24,135 bases of DNA from Candidatus Micrarchaeota archaeon (lineage in GTDB: Archaea > Micrarchaeota > Micrarchaeia > Micrarchaeales > CABMGC01), in assembly GCA_021785375.1 (NCBI GenBank), contig JAJYFQ010000001.1, forward strand, positions 1-24,135. The letters run 5' to 3'. The stretch's first letter is position 1. Every line of letters begins with the position of its first letter. The notes below the pieces were generated by a model. That model ran no database searches. It was given only the letters and a program-made list of their open reading frames with translations, and was not told the origin of the DNA. Position numbers and translations under genes: made by a program. Positions 1 through 6,504 of this stretch are shown one piece after another.

Positions 1-117
1 GAAGAAGATCAGGACCCTGTAGGTGATCATGTGGACGAGCGCCGCGTAGTCGAAACCGGCAAGCCTGAGGATGCTCCTCTGCCTTCCCCTTGCGTCGTAT
101 CCTTCCGTCGAGTCCAT
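1..117 (-). CDS. Probable succinate dehydrogenase/fumarate reductase membrane-anchor subunit (SdhC/D-like), 5' fragment running off the window
   Basis: Not in the ORF track. Its ATG (117-115) overlaps the sdhA stop (TGATG coupling). Translation MDSTEGYDARGRQRSILRLAGFDYAALVHMITYRVLIFF has a His followed by a hydrophobic run, loosely like the SdhC 'HRITG' helix. Only 39 aa are visible. Confidence 0.45.
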   Translation of the reverse strand, partial: MDSTEGYDARGRQRSILRLAGFDYAALVHMITYRVLIFF

Positions 118-1859
118 CAATACACCCTCTTCTCCGGCTTCCACATGCCTATCCTCACCGGGATGTAGCCGATCCTTGTTCCGCGAATGCCCTTCTGCGC
201 TATGGTGTGCTTCAGATATCTTTCATCGTTCCTCTCCGGATACTCAAGCACATAGTGGGATCCCCTGCTCTCCTTCCTTGCCGCTGCGCACTCGGCCACC
301 ACGCCCGCGAGTTCGAGCATGTTCCCTATCTCTATCGCGTCGCGAAGGTTCGTGTTGTAAGTGTCTCCCTTGTCCTTTATGTAGATGTCAACGTACCTCG
401 ACCGCAGCTTCTTCAGGTCTTTTATCGCCCTATTCATTCCCGCAACCGTCTTGTAGACATAGAGGTTCCTGTCGAGCGTGGCCTGCATCTCCCTCATTAT
501 CTCATAGGGGTCCTCGCTGCCCTTCCCATCAACCATCCCTGCGATCCTGTCCTCCTCTTCCGCGGAGAGCCTCCCTGCCGTGTCCGATGCCACCTTCCAT
601 GCCCCTCTTGCGTGCCTCGCCACAGAAGTGCCGACTATCCTTCCCCAGACTGCACACTGGCTCAGCGAGTTACTGCCAAGCCTGTTCGCCCCATGTACGC
701 TGACGCACGCGCACTCTCCGACAGCCCATATGCCGTCCGCAACCTTTCCCGAAGGGCCGAGCATCTCATCCCCATAGAGGTTTGTGTGTATGCCTCCCAT
801 TGTGAAGTGGCTCGCCGGCCTTATCGGTATCAGGTCCTTGCTCGGGTCTATGTGCAGCATCTTTGTGGTCAGGTCCCTCACCATTGGCAGCTTCTCGTCT
901 ATCCTCTTCGAGTCGAGGTGCGTGAGGTCGAGGTGCACGTACTCGAGACCCGATTCCTTGTTCCTCAGCCCCCGACCTGCCTCTATCTCGCTCATTATCG
1001 CCCTCGCAACTATGTCCCTGGGTGCGAGCTCCATCTTGCTCTTCGCGTACCTCTCCATGAAACGCTCGCCCCTGGAGTTCCTCAGGTAAGCCCCCTCCCC
1101 CCTCGCCGCTTCAGTTATGAGTATGCCACTCGGTATCAGGCCCGTCGGATGGAACTGGACGAACTCCATGTCCTTGAGGGGCAATCCGGCCCTGTACGCT
1201 AGTGCTATGCCGTCCCCTGTGCTTGCGTATGCCGTAGTGGCGAATCCGTAGATCCTTGCAAACCCTCCGGTCGCAATGACGCACGACTTGGCCCTGAAGA
1301 GGAAGTGCCTGCCATCCCGCAGTCTTATTGCATGAAGCCCGACGAACCTGCCCCTGTGCACGAGCAGCGCCGTGACTATGTGTTCATGGAAGATCTCTAT
1401 GCCCTTGTGGAGCGTGATCTCGTCGTAGAGGGCGCGCATCATGAAGAATCCCGTCTTGTCCGCCGCGAATGCCGTCCTGGGAACCGACATCCCTCCGAAG
1501 GGCCTCTCGTTTATCCTTCCGTTCTCCTCCCTGTTCCACGGAACGCCGAGGCGCTCGAAGAACTTTATCTCCTTGGGCGCACTCTCGGCGAGCATCTGCA
1601 CCGCATCCTGGTCGGCGAGATAATCGGATCCCTTCACGGTATCGTATCCGTGGAGCGATGCCGAGTCCTTGTTCTCCTTCGGATAGAGGACTCCGGAGAT
1701 GCCGCCCTCGGCAGAGACCGAGTGGCTCCTCATCGCATGGACCTTCGAGACCAGTGCGATCCTCAGTCTCTCCCCGGAGGCCAGCTCGGCATGTATCGCG
1801 GACGTCATTCCCGCTATCCCGCTCCCAAGTATGACGACGTCAAAATCGAGGGTCTCCAT
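117..1859 (-). CDS. sdhA: Succinate dehydrogenase/fumarate reductase flavoprotein subunit
   Basis: 580 aa. FAD-binding GSGIAG, flavinylation motif RSHSVSAEGG, and catalytic motifs QFHPTG, ITEAARGEG, ELAPRDIVAR, HFTMGGI and NRLGSNSL; C-terminal RKESRGSH. Confidence 0.97.
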   Translation of the reverse strand: METLDFDVVILGSGIAGMTSAIHAELASGERLRIALVSKVHAMRSHSVSAEGGISGVLYPKENKDSASLHGYDTVKGSDYLADQDAVQMLAESAPKEIKFFERLGVPWNREENGRINERPFGGMSVPRTAFAADKTGFFMMRALYDEITLHKGIEIFHEHIVTALLVHRGRFVGLHAIRLRDGRHFLFRAKSCVIATGGFARIYGFATTAYASTGDGIALAYRAGLPLKDMEFVQFHPTGLIPSGILITEAARGEGAYLRNSRGERFMERYAKSKMELAPRDIVARAIMSEIEAGRGLRNKESGLEYVHLDLTHLDSKRIDEKLPMVRDLTTKMLHIDPSKDLIPIRPASHFTMGGIHTNLYGDEMLGPSGKVADGIWAVGECACVSVHGANRLGSNSLSQCAVWGRIVGTSVARHARGAWKVASDTAGRLSAEEEDRIAGMVDGKGSEDPYEIMREMQATLDRNLYVYKTVAGMNRAIKDLKKLRSRYVDIYIKDKGDTYNTNLRDAIEIGNMLELAGVVAECAAARKESRGSHYVLEYPERNDERYLKHTIAQKGIRGTRIGYIPVRIGMWKPEKRVY

Positions 1860-1882
1860 CCAGTTCCATATCTAAAGAAAAA

Positions 1883-1890
1883 CTATTAAA
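1883..1890 (-). promoter_or_regulatory. TATA-like box for sdhA
   Basis: Minus strand reads TTTAATAG, 24-31 nt upstream of the sdhA ATG, consistent with a leaderless archaeal promoter. Confidence 0.5.
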
Positions 1891-1891
1891 C

Positions 1892-1906
1892 GTTCACTGC
1901 GTGAAC
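1892..1906. promoter_or_regulatory. Perfect inverted repeat GTTCAC-N3-GTGAAC, candidate operator in a divergent promoter
   Basis: Read directly. It lies between the two divergent TATA-like boxes and covers the expected BRE position of sdhA. Confidence 0.4.
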
Positions 1907-1923
1907 AGGGTTCCTGGTAACAG

Positions 1924-1932
1924 TTTATTAAA
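1924..1932 (+). promoter_or_regulatory. TATA-like box for the FMN split-barrel gene
   Basis: TTTATTAAA, 22-30 nt upstream of ATG 1954. Confidence 0.55.
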
Positions 1933-1953
1933 CCATGATATGCATATTCGATT

Positions 1954-2472
1954 ATGCCAAAGCAGTGCAAGTCGTTCGAGGAGAAGGCCGGTTCGATAAT
2001 AAAAGGGAACAATTACCTTGTTACCGCAACGAGCGACAAGAAGGGCAGCGTGTGGGCTGCCACGGTATCGTACGTCACCGACAGTGACTACAACTTCTAT
2101 TTCCTCTCCGCGGTTGACTCGCGCCACGCCGAAAATATATCTGTCAACCCTAAGGTCGCGTTCGAGGTATTCGACTCGAGGCAGCAAATAGGCAGCTCGG
2201 ACGGGGTACAGGCCGAGGGAACCGCAGAGCTTGTGGGCGATAAAGATCTTCCCAAAGTGATAGGTCTCTACTCAAACAAGTTCTTCCCCGGGTCGAAGGT
2301 CACTCCATTGGAGAGATACCCTCCTGAGAACTACAGCGGCGCCTCTGAGTTCAGGTTCTTCAAGATAACTATATCTGTGCTCTATGTCACCGGAGGCGGC
2401 ACCGCCCAGGGGGCGTACGAGCCTAACAACGAGAGGAGAGTGGAGATCGATCTCAAGCGCCTGCCCAAGTAG
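1954..2472 (+). CDS. Pyridoxamine 5'-phosphate oxidase-like FMN-binding split-barrel protein
   Basis: 172 aa. The pattern LVTAT..WAATVSYV.D...FYFLS...SRHAENI..NPKVAF...G.Q..G.A is typical of this family. Confidence 0.8.
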   Translation: MPKQCKSFEEKAGSIIKGNNYLVTATSDKKGSVWAATVSYVTDSDYNFYFLSAVDSRHAENISVNPKVAFEVFDSRQQIGSSDGVQAEGTAELVGDKDLPKVIGLYSNKFFPGSKVTPLERYPPENYSGASEFRFFKITISVLYVTGGGTAQGAYEPNNERRVEIDLKRLPK

Positions 2473-2561
2473 CTCCTCCAAATAAGGGCAGTGAGCACGC
2501 TGGACGGGCTACGGCGATTGTAATTAAAGCCTTTCTATCTGAATATAAATCGGCAGTGACC

Positions 2562-3875
2562 ATGAAGGATGAGGACTTTTACGAACTGGAACTGAGCGTA
2601 TTCAGCGCACTCGAGGGCAAACTCGCTAACATGACCTCCCAGGGCGAGATAGATCAGTACGTGGAGCGGATCGTCAGATCTATCCATCCGACCATAGCGA
2701 AGGAGGAGCTCGACAGGATAGTAAGCGACGCAAAGACATTTGCCCCGATAGACAACTACCTGTCCGATGAGAAGATCGAGGACATAATGGTGAACAACAC
2801 CACCAACATATTCGTATACAACACCGACCTCGGAGACGTGAAGGTGCCGGAGGCTATAAAGGACAAGAAGGGGCTCGCGCTCTTCGTGGCAAAGATGAAG
2901 ATGTACAACACCACCTCTGCGGCAAACAGAAACATATTCGATGTCCATCTTCCAAACGGATCAAGGTCCAACATAGTTGATTCGCCACTGGGGCCGGACA
3001 TAACGATCAGGAACTTCAAGAACAGGGCGCTCAGCATAATAGACCTTATCAACGTAGGGGAGATGAGCTACAACCTCGCCGGAAGACTGTGGCTATACGC
3101 CGAGGGCCTGAGAGTAAGGCCGGCCAACCTGATGTTCGGTGGCATGCCCGCATCAGGGAAGACGACGCTGCTCAATGCGATGTTCAGCTTCTTCCGGCCG
3201 GAGACGAGGGTCGTGGTCATAGAAGACACGTACGAGCTTAACACCACGACGCAGGAGAACTGCGTGAGGCTCGAGACCAGCATAGACGTTACCATGGCCG
3301 ATCTGGTAAAGAACTCCCTGAGGATGAGGCCGGACATGATAATGGTGGGGGAGGTCAGGGGCGCCGAGGCGCAGGACATGATGACCGCGATGAACATCGG
3401 CAAGGTCGGCATGTGCACGCTTCATGCGAGCACCAGCAGGGACGTCGTCACGAGGCTCGAGTACGCGCCCATGAACATAGACAAGGAGATAATACCGCTA
3501 ATAGATGCCATAATAGTCGTGTCAAGGGTCAGCGAGGACAACAAGTATGCGAGGAGGATAACACAGGTCTCGGAGATATCCGGAATAGAGACCCAGGTCC
3601 TCCTCTCCGACCTCTTCACCTACGATTACAAGACGCACAAGGGCTCTGACATCCTACCCAGCATAACGTACAGGGACACGCTCTCGGCGCTCACCGGATT
3701 CCCTCCAAACCAGATCATACTTGAGGAGAGGCGGAGGGCTAAGATCCTGGAGAAGCTAAACGAGCTGGGGGTGAGGGATCTCGCCGCGATAAACGAGTAC
3801 TGCAAGGAGTACTATGACAATCCTGCTAAGGCGCTTGCGAAGATCGACCTCAAGAGCCTTGGAACCCTGGAGTGA
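2562..3875 (+). CDS. Type IV pilus/secretion assembly ATPase (TadA/CpaF/VirB11/FlaI-like)
   Basis: Walker A GMPASGKTT, Asp box VVVIEDTYEL, Walker B LRMRPDMIMVGEVRG, His box CTLHA, and N-terminal EDIMVN motif. ATG 2562 is preferred over GTG 2556. Confidence 0.93.
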   Translation: MKDEDFYELELSVFSALEGKLANMTSQGEIDQYVERIVRSIHPTIAKEELDRIVSDAKTFAPIDNYLSDEKIEDIMVNNTTNIFVYNTDLGDVKVPEAIKDKKGLALFVAKMKMYNTTSAANRNIFDVHLPNGSRSNIVDSPLGPDITIRNFKNRALSIIDLINVGEMSYNLAGRLWLYAEGLRVRPANLMFGGMPASGKTTLLNAMFSFFRPETRVVVIEDTYELNTTTQENCVRLETSIDVTMADLVKNSLRMRPDMIMVGEVRGAEAQDMMTAMNIGKVGMCTLHASTSRDVVTRLEYAPMNIDKEIIPLIDAIIVVSRVSEDNKYARRITQVSEISGIETQVLLSDLFTYDYKTHKGSDILPSITYRDTLSALTGFPPNQIILEERRRAKILEKLNELGVRDLAAINEYCKEYYDNPAKALAKIDLKSLGTLE

Positions 3876-3887
3876 CAGGCGAGTAAG

Positions 3888-4877
3888 ATGGAACGTGCGA
3901 TATCTACGTCCGGGAACAAAGCACATCGCATAACGGAATGGCAGTCCGCAACGAGGCACCGGAACCTTTTGGGAAAAGGTTCATCAAAACAGCAGTCTGC
4001 AATGGAGTACCGGAACCTTTTGGGAAAAGGTTCATCAAAACTGCAGAGCGCAATGGAGTACCTGATGACCTATGGATGGGCCATTCTCATTATCGCGGTG
4101 GTCCTCGGGGTCCTCTACTACCTCGGCATATTCAATGGACAGAGTCTCACCCCGCGACTTCAGCCAGGTTCATGCCATGTCGCAAGGACAAGTGCGGGAG
4201 TGGAGAACTTCGGCGTATGCGCGGGCCTTCCGGAGTTCGTGGCGCAGTTCAATGGGGCGAGCAGCTACATAAATACTGGGACTTCATCTTTAGGGAGTGG
4301 AGCAGTCACAATATCGGAATGGATAAATGCGGCATCAGTCCAACAATCTGGAGGGGCAATGATAACAGACTCATTATATGGCGTAGGAACAGTTACATTT
4401 TGGTATAGTTCAGCAGTTGTAATGGGGTTTCGTGGGATCGCCCAATGGCAGACTCCGGCCCAGTCTATTAATGCAAATACATGGTACAATGTAGTTTTTG
4501 TTTATAATGGACAGGGTGCAGGCAGCGCTTCGAATATTCAAATATATATAAATGGCATTTCCCAAACCCTTTCAAATATAGGATCAGCAGGAGGAGCAAC
4601 ATATGATAATTATATTGGAAAAGATAGCAATACCGGTACACATTGGTTTTCAGGCTCTATAGCAAACGTCCAGATATACAACGCCTCCTTATCAGCCGCT
4701 GAGGCAAAGGCACTCTACATGGAGGGAATCGGCGGCGCACCCATAAAACCTGCCAATGTAGTGGGATGGTGGCCCCTCAACGGCAACGCCAACGACTATT
4801 CTGGAAACAACAACAACGGCCAGTCCGTGAATGTGCAGTACACGAACACCTGGCTCAGCAGCTACAGCGCGCCGTGA
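3888..4877 (+). CDS. Class III signal-peptide (pilin-like) protein with LamG/concanavalin A-like domain
   Basis: K-L/QSAMEYLMTYGWAILIIAVVLGVLYYLG has Gln at +1, Glu at +5 and a hydrophobic helix. LamG hallmarks are TISEWIN, WYNVVFVYNG, IYING, IG...FSGSIANVQIYN and VVGWWPLNGNANDYSG. The start is uncertain; in-frame ATG 4002 gives a normal short leader. Confidence 0.88.
   Translation: MERAISTSGNKAHRITEWQSATRHRNLLGKGSSKQQSAMEYRNLLGKGSSKLQSAMEYLMTYGWAILIIAVVLGVLYYLGIFNGQSLTPRLQPGSCHVARTSAGVENFGVCAGLPEFVAQFNGASSYINTGTSSLGSGAVTISEWINAASVQQSGGAMITDSLYGVGTVTFWYSSAVVMGFRGIAQWQTPAQSINANTWYNVVFVYNGQGAGSASNIQIYINGISQTLSNIGSAGGATYDNYIGKDSNTGTHWFSGSIANVQIYNASLSAAEAKALYMEGIGGAPIKPANVVGWWPLNGNANDYSGNNNNGQSVNVQYTNTWLSSYSAP
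3940..4062 (+). repeat. In-frame 51-nt tandem repeat: 30-nt hairpin element x2 alternating with 21-nt QSAMEY-coding blocks x3
   Basis: GGAACCTTTTGGGAAAAGGTTCATCAAAAC is identical at 3961-3990 and 4012-4041; each copy has a perfect 9-bp stem GAACCTTTT/AAAAGGTTC with a GGG loop. Flanking blocks lie at 3940-3960, 3991-4011 and 4042-4062. Confidence 0.95.
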
Positions 4878-4895
4878 TGCGCTGGCACAGGCCGG

Positions 4896-6317
4896 TCAGG
4901 GTAACAGCGCCTTTTCTATTGCGTCAAGGTCAAACAGCATCACGCCCTCTGCCCTGGCCAGGTCCCTCATTCCGCTTGTGAATCCCGACCTGGAAAAGAG
5001 CGCATAGTGCTCCGTCCTCCTTCCGGCATGCCATTCCACGATTGCCGCCTTCCTCTTGAGATCGGCGTACACTGGCGTTCCAACCGCTTGCGTGCTCCAC
5101 TTGCACTCGCCGAAGAGTATGTCATCGGTCTTCTCGCCTATGGCAACTATGTCTATCTCCTCCTCGTCATCGCCGCCCTGTTTTGCGGGGTTCTTCCCCC
5201 ACCAACTTCCCACCGCGCGGGCAGCAAACGGGCAGGCGGCCCGAACCGCCTCCCTGCACAGCTTCTCAAATGAGTACGATACGATGCTGTTGAAGTCCGG
5301 CCTGACGAACTCGTCGTACACGAAGCCTTCCCTTCCCTCCTCAAGATAGGAGAGGTTGCCGTCGCACGAGCGGAACCAGAACCTGAAGAGGTTGTCCTCT
5401 ATCATGTAACGCACCTTCTTCGACTTCTTGAGGGTTGCAGGCATCTCCTTCGATACGAGGCGCAGGGACATCAGCGTCTTCAGGTACTTCGGCATGTCCT
5501 TCGCCGGTATGCCTGCCTTGCTTGCTATCTCGCTGAGCCTGGTTGACCGCGCCATTGCCTGCAGTATCCCCCTGTATGTGGAGATGTCTCTCAGCTCCTC
5601 GCGCAGGAGATACTCCGGCTCCATGTAGAGCCTGGAGCCCTTGGACATCACCTTGTCCAGGAGCTCCCTCTCCACGCTCCTTTCCCTGTCGACTGCAGTA
5701 AAGTATGCGGGCACGTTGCCGAAGAACGCATAGAGTTCCACGGCCTTGTGCATCGGCATGGGCTTCAGGTAGCCGTACACGTCCGCGAACCTCATCGGCA
5801 TGACCTCGAACTCGCCCGCCCTTCTGCCGTAGAGCGGCGCCCTGTAGCTGAGGGCTACCTCCTCCATCATGCTTATGCTCGAGCCGCAGAGCACAAGGAG
5901 CACATCCGCACCGGCAAGGGTCTCGTCAACGACCTTCTGGAAGACCGAAGGGATCGAATCATCCTTCTCTACGAGATAGGGGAATTCGTCTATCGCCACG
6001 ATCAGCTTTCCCTTCCCCTTCTCCCTCCATCTTGCGGATATGTACCCGAAGAGCTCGTAGAACGCAGAGACGTCGGGGGGAATGTCCCCGAAGAAATTGG
6101 CGCAGATCCTGGCCATCTCCTTTACGTTGGAAACGGTGCCCCGCTTGTCGCAAAGGTAGTATATGTGGGGCTTGTCCTGTGAGAACTGTTTTATGAGTTC
6201 GCTCTTTCCGACGCGCCTTCTCCCGTAGAGCAGCAGCATCTCAAGGCCCTCCCTGGCATATCCTGCATCCATGAACTGCAGCTCCTTTTTCCTGTTCCAG
6301 AAGTTTATCTTCTTCAT
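4896..6317 (-). CDS. Archaeal ATPase (AAA/STAND-like ATPase_2) with winged helix and C-terminal DUF234/PD-(D/E)XK nuclease fold
   Basis: 473 aa. Walker A YGRRRVGKS, Walker B VAIDEFPY, LCGSS, PLYGRR, DNLFRFWFR, and C-terminal EIDIVA...FGECKW. Confidence 0.92.
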   Translation of the reverse strand: MKKINFWNRKKELQFMDAGYAREGLEMLLLYGRRRVGKSELIKQFSQDKPHIYYLCDKRGTVSNVKEMARICANFFGDIPPDVSAFYELFGYISARWREKGKGKLIVAIDEFPYLVEKDDSIPSVFQKVVDETLAGADVLLVLCGSSISMMEEVALSYRAPLYGRRAGEFEVMPMRFADVYGYLKPMPMHKAVELYAFFGNVPAYFTAVDRERSVERELLDKVMSKGSRLYMEPEYLLREELRDISTYRGILQAMARSTRLSEIASKAGIPAKDMPKYLKTLMSLRLVSKEMPATLKKSKKVRYMIEDNLFRFWFRSCDGNLSYLEEGREGFVYDEFVRPDFNSIVSYSFEKLCREAVRAACPFAARAVGSWWGKNPAKQGGDDEEEIDIVAIGEKTDDILFGECKWSTQAVGTPVYADLKRKAAIVEWHAGRRTEHYALFSRSGFTSGMRDLARAEGVMLFDLDAIEKALLP

Positions 6318-6338
6318 GATTATCTCTTATATCCGAAA

Positions 6339-6346
6339 TATATAAG
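6339..6346 (-). promoter_or_regulatory. TATA-like box for the ATPase-nuclease gene
   Basis: Minus strand reads CTTATATA, 22-29 nt upstream of ATG 6317. Confidence 0.5.
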
Positions 6347-6504
6347 AACCTATGGGACCAAAAGCCGGCGCATGCGCTTCGGGAAGGATCGCAAAAGTGC
6401 CCGGACAAGGCAAGCCACGAATCAGAGTGCAGCATCTCCGTGCCATCCGGTTTCTGCCACATCTGCCTCCGAACCGCATCTTTATTAATCTGTGCCGCGA
6501 AGTA

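Noticed and set aside
71-1889. Long plus-strand ORFs (71-703, 90-1202, 1305-1889 and others) opposite sdhA
   Set aside because: Antisense shadows of a GC-rich gene with no recognisable motifs. The same applies to shadow ORFs opposite the ATPases, DUF929, abiE and the glycosyltransferases.
3940-4062. CRISPR array interpretation of the 30-nt palindromic repeat
   Set aside because: There are only two repeats, the 21-nt 'spacers' are short and homologous to each other, the unit is in-frame coding sequence, and no cas genes are in the window.
4806-4817. (AAC)4 microsatellite as a phase-variation tract
   Set aside because: In-frame triplet encoding the Asn run of the conserved DYSGNNNNG motif; too short.
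3940-4877. Diversity-generating retroelement (TR/VR) acting on the pilin
   Set aside because: No reverse transcriptase and no long TR/VR pair are visible, and the differences between D blocks are not adenine-specific.
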